From Paramecium tetraurelia (lineage: Eukaryota), in contig CT868474.1 of NCBI GenBank assembly GCA_000165425.1, forward strand, positions 372,001 through 436,000: 64,000 nucleotides of DNA, given 5' to 3'. Of the stretch, positions 29,380-44,934 are shown piece after piece. The translations under genes were made by a program, and so were the position numbers. The notes beneath the pieces are model-generated. The model was not told the DNA's origin. It made no database searches and saw only the letters and a list, made by a program, of their open reading frames with translations. Every line of letters starts with the position of its first letter. Position 1 is the first letter of the stretch.

Positions 29380-30290
29380 TCAATATTCAAATCCTTTATT
29401 TTATCTAATATTACGAAAGGATCTCTCGTGATTTATATTATGTTTTTATTTGGGTAATTTAAAAAGAGGCAGTGTGGTACAACTTGGCTTTTAATTTAAC
29501 TTTTATAGTTGATAAGCATCAGCATCAGTGAAATCTTCTACTTCGTTATTGATTATCTCTTCATCCTTTTTCTTATTTTCTTAAGTAAATGTTAGTTTAA
29601 CTCCTGGCTTCAAAGGAAAAGCATCAAAATTATACGGTTCATCATATTAAGTTTTAACTTTAGTAGATACCTTCAATTTAAACAAAGCTTGTTGACTAAT
29701 AATGTTGTATTCAGCAACAGGTTCCTATTATTTTTGATCAACTTTTTCTTATAATTTACTTTTGACTGTATTGACAATGGGACTTAACTATTTAACTTAT
29801 TCTCTCCTTCTCATAATACTGCCATCAGAATCATATGTTTAATAATCTTTTAATGGTTTTTTCAATAACAACAATTTAACTTAAATTTGTTTTGCAGGAT
29901 GAATGTATTCATCATATGGTAAGTTGTGATCTCTATTTTTAGCATTTCGTTTATCCTTTTCTTCATCATGGCTTCTAATCTATATTTATCATCCGATTTG
30001 TCTCTATCGACAACAATCAGATAAGGCTTAGGTTCATATGTCTCAAACAAACCATAATCATTTTTGATTTGAAATTCTTATTAAAAGGTATTCTGAAGTA
30101 GTGTTATTGATTATCTTTTTCCATAACACCGATTAAACATGTTGAGTGGTATGTCTATCAAAAACTGGAGTTTACTTTAGTTTAAATTCTAATATATTGG
30201 TTCATCGCCATGAACATAAATTTCATCAGGATGACTAAATTCAAGTATATATAGCTCTAATAGCTATTAACAATGCTCTAATGCAATCAT
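29380..30290 (-). CDS. Hypothetical protein
   Basis: MIALEHCQQLLELYILEF... open in code 6, includes track ORF 29862..30050; TGA 29382..29380. Confidence 0.7.
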
Positions 30291-30313
30291 TAAATAATTA
30301 AAGATAATTATAA

Positions 30314-31341
30314 TCAATAATCTAACTAATTATTATAATCTGGTCTGATTTTTAGATAATCTTCGTAGTCTTAAGGTTAAGCATGATGGGCATATTCAGG
30401 CATATCCTCTCTTTTGAGGTTCACATCATAGAAGAATTGTTAATACTCAATTCCATTAACCATATAAGGATGATAGTAAAATTATTTATCAAGCATCATA
30501 TAAAAAGGATCCTACTCAATTATTTATTCTACAATATTGAAGTATTCTTACCATCTTTGGTGATATCTGTCAATTGATTCTTCTTTTTGCGTCCGGCTCT
30601 ACTTCTCTCATTTCTTGGTAACCTTTTACCATTTTCTCCCCTATGAGCATAGGGGTTGAATTTCTGATGATGGCTTCTACATTGACTAGGAGTGCGTGTA
30701 CCAATCAGTTCACTCATCTGTTTAAATATTTTTGATGTTTTCTTCATCATTGAAGAATTCATTATGTTTTCGTATTGTGATAGGAAATTCACATATGTAG
30801 TATGTTCAATTGCTGACCAATGTCCTGTATTAATGTGCTCTTTTTTGGGCTTTTTGATTTGATGGTGTTTGCTGGATTTTACAGTCTGTTTTGAACCAAG
30901 AGGTGAGCCATCTGTTACAATATCTGATTGTAATTTAGGTAATAAGGTACTCTAAGTAAAATGTACAAGTGGATATTGTGGCTAAACTACTGTTTTCAAA
31001 CTAAATAGCGATAGTATAAATAATACAATTCCTCCTTTTAAGGTTCTTCTTGCAATGCTTTAGTTTTAGGAAGCAATTCTTTTTTGTCATCCTTTCTATA
31101 ATATCAAGTGTGAATAATACTTGTGCTTTTTGGATTTCTTGGTCTTGCTTTGTGTTTTCTGATCAGCAACAATATCGTAGTTGACCAGTTATTGAGGGTA
31201 TTAGAATTGGTGGTATAAGGGAAAATCATTGGCATTTTAATGCATGGCATATTCTATCATTTGATTTTTTGGCATATTTTCATTTTCGAATTAATAAGCG
31301 GGTTGATAATCAACGGGAAATGAATAGTGAGGATGAATCAT
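30314..31341 (-). CDS. Single-repeat Myb/SANT (SHAQKYF-like) transcription factor
   Basis: NTGHWSAIEHTTYVNFL...FKQMSELIGTRTPSQCRSHHQKF, flanked by Q/P/Y-rich low-complexity segments. Confidence 0.88.
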
Positions 31342-31447
31342 AATGGGTGAAAATATTTTAATATAAATTATATTTATTATAGCAATCTGGCTAGCCAATG
31401 AAGAGAATAATAGAAAATCGATTACATTTTAGTAATATTATAATATA

Positions 31448-33625
31448 TCAATATCTTTAGATGGGACTATTTCGAAGTTAGGACTTAAGGGTAGCATCAT
31501 GGATAGACTTGTTGGCTAATAATTCAGCAGGTATTCCAATTCTACTATTGTAGGCAGCTCTAGACACTAGGGTTTCTGGCAAGAGACTCTTATCTAATAT
31601 TGTGTATTTTTCTATCATTTCAGTTAATTCTCTGTTCTTAATTGCCAATTGATTTTGAAGGTCGGCGATCTGATCTGAGAGTAACCCTACTTATGTATTG
31701 TAGGCACTCTTTAAGTTCTCAAATTAGTAAGCGGCACCAGAATCCATCTTATGTCTTAATTCATCGATTTCTAGATTCTTTTCCTATTCAAAAAGATGTA
31801 ATTTTTCAATCAATTTATCATTGTCATCTTGAATTCGTTTTTGAATGATTTCAGCATTGTTCCTTTGAATTGTTAGATTCTCACATTCCTTGATTTTATT
31901 GTTATACATATCGAAAGTCTTTTGGATTTCATACTTTTAATGATCAATTTACTATTCCAATTACTTTTACTTCTCTCTGTTTTATGTATCAATCTCTTTA
32001 ATAAGGGATTTTAAGTCTTGGATTTCTTGAAGTTTTGATTTTTCGGTTTCGAAAGCTTTGAGTTTGACAAGTTCTAAATCATTTTATAAATATCTTAATT
32101 TATCTTCAAATTCTAATTTGATTTAAGAATAATTCTTAAGATTTTATTAAATTTCTAGGTTTTTGTGATCTAACAAATTCTTTAAATTAATGATTTCTTG
32201 ATTCAATAATTAAATCTATTTTTAGAGATCAATTTGCATATTCTCATATTAAATGGTTAATCTTTCAATTCTAGCATGTTGATCAGCTATCTCTCTATTT
32301 TTTTCATTTTCTAATAAAATGGTTCTTCTCTTTTGATCTTCAATAGTATTGATCAATCTTTAGATTTCTCCATCATAATAATCCTTTTGTTATTATTTTT
32401 CAACAACCAATTTTTGGATATCCTAATTTTTATGATCAATAATTTCCTTGAGTTTCAAGATTTCCTTATGCAAAGCTTACAATTAATTTTCATGTGTTAA
32501 TTTAAGATTAGTAGTATCATTATTATGCATATTATCTAAGTTGGTTTAGATATTATGATTTTCTTATTGATGTAGTTGTTCATTACTCAAGATTTGTCTT
32601 CTTAGCATTTCAATTTCATTTCTCAATCCAGAAATTTCTAACTCAGATTGTATCTTTTACTTTTGATTTTGATTGATTAATGTTTCAATTTCTTGGGCTT
32701 TGATTTCTAATAAGTTTTTGATTTTGACAATCTCTGACACTTAAACATCTTGTTGATTTTCATGAGCTGTCTATTGATTTCTCAAATTGGTTTCTTGATA
32801 TAATTCCAATTTTTATTTTTGTGCCAATAATTCATTTTGATGATCAATTTAAATGGCACTTAATCTAGACTTTGTGATATCTATTTCATTCATTAATCTT
32901 AATTAAGTATCTTAGAACTCTATTTTTTAACGTTCATTCTAGGATTACAATTAAGCCACTTGTAAGGTTCTATCTTCTAACATATCTCTAAGTTTCTTGA
33001 GTTATGCCTCATACATATCAGCCTGGGTATTATTTGATCGTTTAAAAGTCTCCTAGATTTAAGTTGTTTGGTTATCAGCCACATTTCTCTAATCTGATAT
33101 TATTCTATTTTTTTCTTGATCCAACGCACTGCTTCTAGCATTGGCCTTTTGCACTTCCAAAGTAAGAGCTTTGATCTCAGATTCATAATTCTATCTGATC
33201 TACATTAGAGATCCCATTTGAGCTTCATATTTTTATTTCCACATTTCAGATTCACTTTTTCTTTACAAGGCCACCTTCTAAGCTCTCTCCAATTGACCTT
33301 AAAGAGCATTATTGGACTCCAAGACTTCTACTACTTTGTATTCTAAGTCACCGCTCTTTTGCTAGACAAGACGTTAAAGATCATTATCAGCCTTATATTT
33401 GGCCACCTCTCGTTCAAGTTCGTAGCACTTGATTCTATAATTTTCTGCGTCTTCTGACACAATACTAAAGTTCATTTTATTTTGGACGGGTGAATGAATG
33501 TAGGGTGATTGATTGTTGAATGGATGTGCTTTCTTTACAGTTCCTGGCTAAGAGAAGTCCTGACTTGCTAGGACTTACGAATATTTGGTTGGTGAAATAG
33601 TTCTTGGTTACATACTGAGGTTCAT
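31448..33625 (-). CDS. Long coiled-coil protein, possibly cortical or cytoskeletal
   Basis: MNLSMQPRTISPTKYSQ... continuous E/Q/K heptads with S/P-rich ends; TGA 31450..31448. Confidence 0.8.
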
Positions 33626-33827
33626 TGACAAATTATTTATAAAAATTATTGACAGCCACCTTATCTTAACGAATACTTTTAAATTACATATAAAAATTAT
33701 CAATATAATTTATTTATCAATAATATATTTTAACTCTTTTTGTAGTTTTGTTGCTTAACAACTATAAAATATATAATAATATATTATAATTTACAAATCA
33801 AACAAAACCAATATTACATCACCTTAC

Positions 33828-34385
33828 ATGATGGCTATAAACAACAATAAGAACTTCAGCAATAGTAAATTTAATACATAAAATACGATGGGTGAATGCA
33901 TCAGATCAAAGGAAAATCTAAGAAAATAATCATCCTTGGATTAGCATTCATCGAGCTTACCCAAGAAGATATTGATTCACAAATAGCAATTCAATGATCT
34001 TCAAGAAAATCTAAAGAACAGAAAATTAAAAGAAGCCCACCAAACTCAAAACCGTTTGCCGTCTCCAATTAATTTGAAAATTCTTATGCCTCCCAAATCT
34101 AAGTCCATACAGGAAAAGAAATAGGAAACCTAAAATTAGATTGATCTAAAAGTCTTGATTCCTGAGAATTCAAACAGCTTCATCGATTGGAAGGAATTGA
34201 TTTCAAATTTAAATGGCCCCAATTACCCCCTGAAAAAATGGATGAGAGACATTATCATAAAAAATAACATCATACTGGACTACGACTTTGCTATTTTAAT
34301 ACGAATCCTGATGCAATTATATAAGTTTAAGCAACCAACTTTAGTTAACATATTCTCTGAGATCATTGAGGAATTGGAAAAATGA
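33828..34385 (+). CDS. Hypothetical protein
   Basis: Intronless code-6 ORF in frame with track ORF 34155..34385. Confidence 0.65.
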
Positions 34386-34465
34386 ACTCTAAACACTATT
34401 TGTCACATTAAGGTTACATATATAAATATTCATAATAAAATAAAACTTATTTTGATAAAATATAT

Positions 34466-36651
34466 ATGATTAATTTGGAAAATTTTGATCAAATAAAATT
34501 CAAAAATCCCATTCTTGATAGGTATGTTATCTCCAATACAAAAGTCCACGGTCAATTTAAGCTTGTCGATTAATTGGAATCCTGCCTTAAGAATTAATTT
34601 AGATAACTTTGTAAGAATTAAAGCAAAGACGACCAGATTTGAAACTGGACAAGCAAGATTGGTAAAAATTCTGGGAACATTAAGAAATAAAAAGATAATA
34701 AAAATTAGAAGCTTGTATTGAGACCAGATAACAAATTATTTAAGCAGGCAACATGTAAGGAAATTATAATGACGATCAAAACTTTAAGGATTCGAGAATT
34801 TCAGAGCAACAGAGCAATGTAATTGAGAGAGAGAAAAAGGAATTGGAGAAGATGAAATAGAGACAATAAAAAGAAATAGATTAAATGTTGGAATATGAAA
34901 GAAGGATGTAAGAAATTAGATTGAGGAATGAGGAGAAATAAAAAATATAGATGGACAAATAAATGAGAAGAGAGTAGGAATTGTTGGAAAAAAGAGCATA
35001 GTAAGAATATGAGAAACAAATGAGAGAGGAAGAGAAAAAAAAGAAATAATAAGATGAGGAAAGACAGTAAAGGTAATTGGCCAGTGAACATTTCAGAAGA
35101 GAATAGGAAAGAGCTAAAATGGAATTGGAAAAACAAGTCTAATTAAAAATGGAAGCAAAAAGGAAGGAAGAAGAAAGAAGATTAAAATAATTGCAATTCT
35201 AGTAATAAACGCAATAAATTTAATAATAATATGAAGAGGAAATGTAGAAGAAAAGAATGATCATGTAATAAAAAGAAGTTGAACGACTTCAAACTATTGA
35301 GATTTAGAGATAATAAAGAATTTAAGAATCACAACAAGCTTAACAAGAGTTGGCTATTAAGTTGGTAAATGCAAGAGTCAAATAGGAGGATCAATTGAAT
35401 AATATGAAGAAGGTATTTCATAATATCATGACTAGTCATTCGATTTGAAGTAATAAAGAATTGAGTAGAGAAGAAGAGAATTTGAAGAGATGAAAATGCA
35501 GAAAATGTATGAAAATCAGATACAGGCTTTGTAACATCAAGAGAAAATAAAGGAAGTGATGGAAAAGAATTAGTTTCAAGAGGAAAAAAAGAAATATGAT
35601 TATTTTCATAAACTCTAAGAAGTTGAATAAAGAAAGGAAGAGTTAGAAAGGTTGAAGTAATAGGAATTAATTTCCAGGAAATAATAAATATATGAAAAAG
35701 AATTATAAAGATAATAGGTCTTATAAAATAATGAGAAATAATTGGAATTAAAGACCAATGATTTTCTAAGGAAATTCTAAGAAAAGGAATAATTAATTTA
35801 CGAGGTAAGCAATAATTCAATTATTTAAGAAATAATTTGAAAAATAATAAATCTAACATGAGTAAAAAGTAAAGGAACTTTTAAAAGAATAGGATAAGAA
35901 GGAAGCATTAGAAAGAATTATGAGATTGTAAGAATACGAGAAGGAATTACAAAGATAAAAATTATAAGACAAAATGAGGAGAGCCGAAATTTTATAATTG
36001 GAGAAAAACTAAATGTTAGAGCAAAGAATGTTAATCAAAAAAGAGATTGGATTTCAAAAATAAGAATTAATGTAGAAATTAGAGTTGGTCAAATTAGGAA
36101 AATTGGATCCCTCTGCTTTAAATCCTGATGGCAATAGCATTCGAGCATCAAGTAGTTTGCAAAACAGTTATCATAACATTAGACGTATATAATAATAATA
36201 ATTATATAAATAGCATCAACTGCCAAATATTAAAATACTTTATCGAACAAAGATATGCGTCACAATGTTAGACCTAAATCTTAGTAATAAAAAATATTAA
36301 CGAATTCTTCAAATACTTAATAAGGTTCTCAAAACTAAGGAAAGTTTAACATATCAAATAAATACGAAAATTAATTAGATCAATTAAAGGTTCGATAAAA
36401 CTAAGAAATGATAGATGTATAAATTAACTTATTCTGATAGGTGTTAGAAGAAGAATAGCAATTAGAATTTGAAAGAGAATAAGCTATGGCTAATGCAAAA
36501 AATCCAGAAGAATAAAAGAGACTTGAGAAACTATTTCAGATAGAAAGAAATAAAACTAACTAAAGACTTGATTAAATTAAGCGGTAATATTTGTAGATTA
36601 ATAATTAGAGAGCATTAGAGATAATTGGAGGAATTTAGAAATTAAGGTTGA
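34466..36651 (+). CDS. Coiled-coil protein with CCDC177/DUF4659-like N-terminus
   Basis: INLENFD...ILDSPRSIQACRLIGILPQELI (23-nt intron inside the motif), then a long E/K/Q/R charged coiled coil. Confidence 0.65.
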
Positions 36652-36929
36652 ATTTATAAATTTATTTTTGTAATTATATGTATGTATTTTATAACAATTT
36701 ATTTGGAAGACAGCTAATCTCTACAGTTTTTGTAAAATAAATTCATTCCTTTTATTAAAATTTCATAACTCTTAAGATTAAATGATTTAAGAAATCATAA
36801 GAATTTTTGAAGAAATATGTATATTTCTCTTTCTTAAAAGTTATTCTTTTAAAATGTTAATCTAAATAGAATGAGTCTATGCTGTTAGTTTGAATCAAAA
36901 TTAAGTTAAAATTGAATGTATTATAGAAT

Positions 36930-38410
36930 TCATTTAATCTCTATTTCATCAACACCATTTTATGGTCCAGATTTTTTTAGATTAGATTCAGTTCTCCATT
37001 TTTAAGCCCAACTTTTAATTTTCATCAATGAAACTAAGGAAAATGCATTATCTATGTCAACTTATGAGACTTCCATGACCTTTTCTTCTTGAACCCTAGG
37101 ATTTAGTTATTGCAGTATAATACATTTCATCTAATAGGTTGGCAGAACTTTAATTAACCCAAGGATGCTTGGCAATTTCATTGACGGTTGGTCTTTATTT
37201 TGGATCTTTATTCAATATGAATCTAAGAAATTCTTTAAGTCCATCACTGATGGCAGAATCTTCAGGAAAAACCACTCTATATATTTGAATAAGGTTATAC
37301 TCATTTTATGATATGTTCTTGAGTATGTCAGGAATGTTGTTTCCAGTAAATGGGACATTTAAGTAGGTGAAAGCGAAGAAGGTGATACCAAGTGCCCAAA
37401 TATCGGCAGCCCTGCCAGAATATCCATCTTTGGCTGTTTCTTTATCGCAGGCTTCAGGAGGCATGAAATAATAAGTTCCTTGTGTATTCTCGAGTACATC
37501 ATTTTTGGAACCCACAACTTATGAGACTCCGAAATCAGCAATTTTGGCAGTTTTGCCTGACATCAAAACATTTTGAGGTTTGAGATCTCTGTGTACTATT
37601 TTATTTTTATGGACTTATATATATATATTGAAACATAATACGGAATGCTAAGCCTTTAATGCAATCTCGAAAAAGTGAAGAAAGTACGTCTTCTGTTAAT
37701 TCTTCATCTTCATTCAATTTATAAAATTTGCCCTCATCCTCATCCCATTCAATCAGTTGACCTCCTTCTGCGAATTCAAGAACTTAGACATAAAAATGAG
37801 GAAATTTACCCATGAACAGTTTGTCACAAGTCGGATTGTCAATAACTTCATAAAGTTAAATGAGGTTCTTGTGTCTGATTTTCTTCATGATAGCAATTTC
37901 TTTTCTGACGTCTTGCAAAGCATCTTTAACGACGAGATCTACATTTGAATAGAATGGGTAGTTATACTTCCATTAGCATCCTTAACAAATTCCCTTTGTC
38001 GTTTTAGCTTGCTCTTTTTAAGTATTTTGATAGCATATCTTTTGGAGGGATCTCCTTACTTGTGTGCCAGTTTGACTTTGCCGAAAGCACCTTGACCCAA
38101 AAATTCATCGAAAACGTAATCATTCAACATCTTTTGTCCCTAGAGATTGATAGATTTTGATGTAGATATACTTCATTGTTTTTCAGTGTGACTGCCTTGA
38201 CAGTTTCTCTGACTTTTTTGTTTTTCTAAGAAAGAACTAATGAGATTGGATTACCTTAGGGATCTTGACCTAAACTAAAGTTTGAGGCTGTGTCTTTTTG
38301 TCTCTGAGTAACAAAGAAGTTTGTTGATCAGGCATATAGGGCGAGGCAGATTGGTCATGGATGACTTAATTAATTCTTGCTTCTTTTTTCTTTGCACAAA
38401 CTGATCCCAT
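36930..38410 (-). CDS. CAMKK-family protein kinase with predicted N-terminal acylation
   Basis: MGSVC N-terminus; [87 protein letters not shown]. Confidence 0.9.
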
Positions 38411-38591
38411 TATTAAATTATATAATTGGGCTAATAAACTGGCGTTGGGAGTGAAGATTTTTGTAATTTAGGAATTCAGAAATTGGAAATGTAGGGCAGT
38501 ATCATAACTTGCATACTAGATGTCTTAAGAATGTTGATAATTATTATATTTGGTATCATCATTTGAGATATAATATATTAATATTAAAAAA

Positions 38592-40692
<2,101 letters not shown>

Positions 40693-40735
40693 GATAAATT
40701 AAATATAATTTGTTCTTAAATTAAATTTATAATTA

Positions 40736-42780
40736 ATGAATTAAAACAATACAATAAATATTAGAGCAATCAGAAATAAGAAATCAATTAAAAAGGACTT
40801 GTCATTATAACCAAAGAACATTCATGATCAATACTACTAAGAATCTGATGACAGTGAAGATGAAAAAGTATTATTACTCGATTCATATAGATCTTATCAA
40901 AAATTGGAAGATTGCAAACAAAGAAATACAAAGATAAAGATTTCATAGGTTATGATGAGAATCTTAACAAAATTCAGAAGAAAAAATAGTTCCAAGATAC
41001 CATTGATGAATTCATTAATAAGACAGAAAACAAAGATTGGTGGAGAGTGGTCAGAGATGAAATGAACAACCAAGATGTAGTATTAAGTGACAAGCAATTG
41101 TAATTGTTAGACAGAATTAGAACAGGCAAAACTGCAATCAAATTAGCAGATGATGTAAATACCATAATATATATCAATATAGTATTACTTTGAACATGAA
41201 GATTTCAATCAATTTGATCTCCTCTCGTCATACAATCCAAAGCGTAGGTTCTTGCCTTCAAAATGGGAAAGAATCAAAATTAATAAATTAGTATAAGGCA
41301 TTAAATTGGGGAGAATTGTGTTGAATCCACCCCAAAAAGTGGAGAAGATATTTGACATCTGGGAGAATGTAGCTGAAGATCAAGTGCTAAGCAAATACTT
41401 ACCAGCAAGAATACCAGCTTCTAAGGCTCAATTGCCATCTAATGTTGCTAGTTATAATCCTCCAGAAGAGTATCTCTTTACTGAATAAGAAAAGCAACAA
41501 TGGTTGTAAACTGACCCAGAAGACAGAGAAATACCATTCATCCCATAGAAGTTTAAACATTTAAGGAATGTTCCTTCCTCAGAACAATTAGCAAAGGATT
41601 TATTCAATCGATGCTTGGATTTATATTTGGCACCTAGAATTAGAAGAAAGAAGTTGATGATGAAATCTACAGACTTTCTACCAGAAATTCCAAAACCAGA
41701 GGAATTGAAACCATTTCCAACAAGATTGAATTTTGAATTTGGTTAGATTGATACCACCAAATCTGGACAAGTGAAACAGATCTCGATATCATAAGATGGT
41801 TAGATCTTGGGAGTGTGTTATGAATATGCAGTTGCATTCTTTGACGCTAAAACAACAAAGTGTTTACTTACTAAATGGTAATCAGAGGATAAACAATTTT
41901 TGGGATTGGATTTCAGTTAATCTGGATTAATTTGTATTCTATAATCAAATGGATTCATAATCTTAAATTCGTATATCGATAAGCGATAACATCCTAATGT
42001 TGAAGATGGTGAAAAAGCAAATAAGCAAATTCCCAAAAATTCTAACAATGTCTTTGAGTGGAATTTTGAATTGGATGACAATGTGTTTCAACAATTACTT
42101 GAAGTGAAAATGCCTTATGATCCCTTGTATGCTTAATTTCATAGTAAATCTGATTACATTGTGAGTACATAACCTCATACACATGTGAAATCCCATTGCA
42201 TTTTGGTTCATTCCATCAGTAAATCATCAACATCGATTCCCTTTTAAAATATGAAAGCATCTACTGAAGTCTAATAGACTATCTTTCATCCTACCAAACC
42301 AGAACTATATATCATGACTAACAAAAACATTTTCATTTATTCACTAACCAAATAATAATTGATGAAAAAGCTATTGGCAGGTAATCAATAAAATTCAACA
42401 ATTGCAATTCACCCATACGGAGACAATTTAATTGTTGGATCTAATGATCAAAAGGTGTGTTGGTTTGATTTAGATATGGGCAAAACTCCTTTCAAGAAGA
42501 TGAGTTACCATAAAAATGGAGTCAGGCGTGTGATATTCCATAAGACTTATCCTTTATTTGCCTCCTGCTCTGATGATGGTAGAATATTCTTCATATCTTA
42601 GGAACTATCAACATCTTCCATTGTCGTATTAGTACTGATTTGAATTAAGCACCAGTAATTCTACCTTTGAAAGTGTTGAAGTAAAAGAAGAAGGAGTCTG
42701 TAATGGATGTTGCATTTCATCCAACTTAGCCATGGATTTATTCAGCAAGCAAAGAAGGAGTAGTAAGTCTATGGACTTGA
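40736..42780 (+). CDS. BOP1: Ribosome biogenesis protein BOP1/Erb1
   Basis: IGYDEN, PKRRFLPSKWE, SYNPPEEYL, FNRCLDLYLAPR, LKPFP, WD40 C-terminus (WFDLD, YPLFASCSDDG, FHPTQPW). Confidence 0.95.
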
Positions 42781-43356
42781 TGTATATAAATAATTATAAT
42801 AAATTTGTTACGCATACAACCGAAAACAGTGTCAATCTGCATAAACATATTAAAATTAATTATTCCATAAAACTATCATTTGATACATCGATATAGTTCT
42901 TGCTCTAAGCACAATAGTATATTTTTATCATCTCTCCTTAAATCATATAAAAGTAGGATTATCATGAATACATTAACTTAGTTCTTCCTGTAGTCAATCC
43001 ACTCAATGAATATAGAATAGATTCTACAATAAAACCAACTCTTGAGTATCAAAGATTGGATTGGGAAAGTAAATAATATATGAAATCAGAATTTATCAAA
43101 AATGATTGACTTTTAAAGTTTAAAGCACTTGAAACATTCTAGTTACAACAATGAGTGTGTTGGAAAGGATATAAAAATTGGAAATGAATCAAAATAAAAA
43201 GTAAATTTATAAAAATAAGGGGAGCATTTGGTTGTTTTGGTTTAATCGATGAGTTGATGTCATGGATTAAAATAATGCAAGAATCTAATTAAAAATGGGG
43301 TTTAAAGAATTGAGAGATTAGTGAATTAGATTGATTAATAAATAAAATATATATTA

Positions 43357-44794
43357 ATGACATTTTGTGTATTGTTCATAATATTTGGGGCCACAATGGG
43401 TTTTCTAAAAGTTCAGAGTCCGATTAAGATTGATGAATTTTCCGAAATTATGTAGGCTGATTATTCCATTTCAAATTTCGGTCATATTCCTTATGGGAAA
43501 AGAATGGTTGCTCAACTATTTGCTCCTCCTGTGGATATGGAGAAGGATAAGGAATTTAAGTTATGCGAGCAACCCCCATTTAGTATGGGTTTGCAATTTT
43601 ATTAACCTTCTGGTGATAAATGGTTGATTGCCAGGAGAGGAGGTTGCCCATTCACTCAAAAAGTAGAATTCGATGTTAATTGTAGGCTATCAATGCATAG
43701 AACATGAAGGCAAAGCTATTGATAATTGTGGACAATAGAGACGAGAAGGTGGAATCAATAATGATGGCTGACGACGGAAATGGATATCAAATTGATATTC
43801 CATCTATCCTAATCTCAAAAAGTGATGGAGAGAAAATACTTACTTATTTATCGAAATCCAATTAAAGATACTTGATCGGAAGTGTAGAATTTAAATTAAA
43901 CTAAACCTCAAACCTAGTACTTATAAATTCATTTATGTTTAGACGAATGTGCTATTTGGTTTTAATATCGAAAACAAAGACACCTTCAGATTAATCAATG
44001 AGTTCAGACCCATCTACGAGGAATTGAAGGGTTATCTCAATTTCACCATCTTTTACGAGGTGCTGCGTTGTCTTTCCTGTGAGACAGGAGGTTGGAAGAC
44101 TGAAAATCAAGATTGCCTTGGAGGAGGAAGATATTGTTAATTTGATCCAAACGGCGTTGCTTTTGGAACAGGATCAGACGTTCTTAAAGAATAGTTGCGT
44201 TAAACATGCATTTGGAAATACAATTCTGAACTTTGGTGGTCCTACATGGTATTTCATATATAATAACAAACATAGAATCACTTCACCAAGAAATGTACAA
44301 AGGAGAATGAATATGATTCATGTTTTGAGAAATTTGTAAAACCCGACGAGTTCGCAGCAGTAGAGAGTTGCATTAAAAGCTCATACAAGAGTCCTGTGGA
44401 TTCTTTAAAAGGAGAGAATACCATATTGGAAGAGCACTTCAGATTGAGATATCAATCTGGTATAATCTTCTATCCTGGTGTGTCAATTAATAATGTGGCA
44501 TACAGGGGCAACATCGAGGCATTGGAGATCAAGGAGGCCATTTGCGCAACTTATACTGACAAACCTGAGGCATGCGAGGAGAAATTAATATCTTTTGAAC
44601 CCAATCGTTAAATGGAGAACTCTTACTTTTGGTTGATTGTTGTAGTTTGCACTTTGAGTGTTCTCTTTATTTTGTTTATTGTGTTCGTTTATAGACGTTA
44701 AATGAATAATAGCATGTAGAAAAACATCAGAGAACAGGTGAGTTAATAGGTGAACAATTACGTAAGGTTTTACGAAAGCAGAAGTGAGAAATGA
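43357..44794 (+). CDS. Vacuolar sorting receptor (BP-80/VSR-like; PA domain, type I membrane protein)
   Basis: Signal peptide, SNFGHIPYG, RRGGCPFTQKAINAQ, IMMADDG, IPSILI, CLGGGRYCQFDP, EQLRQTCIW, TM helix, cytosolic YVRF. Confidence 0.88.
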
Positions 44795-44934
44795 TAGATT
44801 GATATTAAATTCTATTAAATTATTATGAATCATTCAATAATATGTCATTCTAATAAAAGATTAATCGCTAATATTAATGGGTATTTTAAGGGCTTATAAA
44901 ATTATTTACGATGCTCACCCAAAATTTAAATAAT

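Noticed and set aside
34801..35820. Phe/Leu-rich minus-strand ORFs that look like membrane proteins
   Set aside because: Antisense shadow of the E/K/Q-rich plus-strand coiled-coil gene.
42781..43260. Frame open for about 100 codons after the BOP1 TGA (readthrough or selenocysteine?) and a possible small ORF from 42964
   Set aside because: With a single stop codon such runs are common by chance. BOP1 ends at its normal C-terminus, and no SECIS or recognisable protein was seen.
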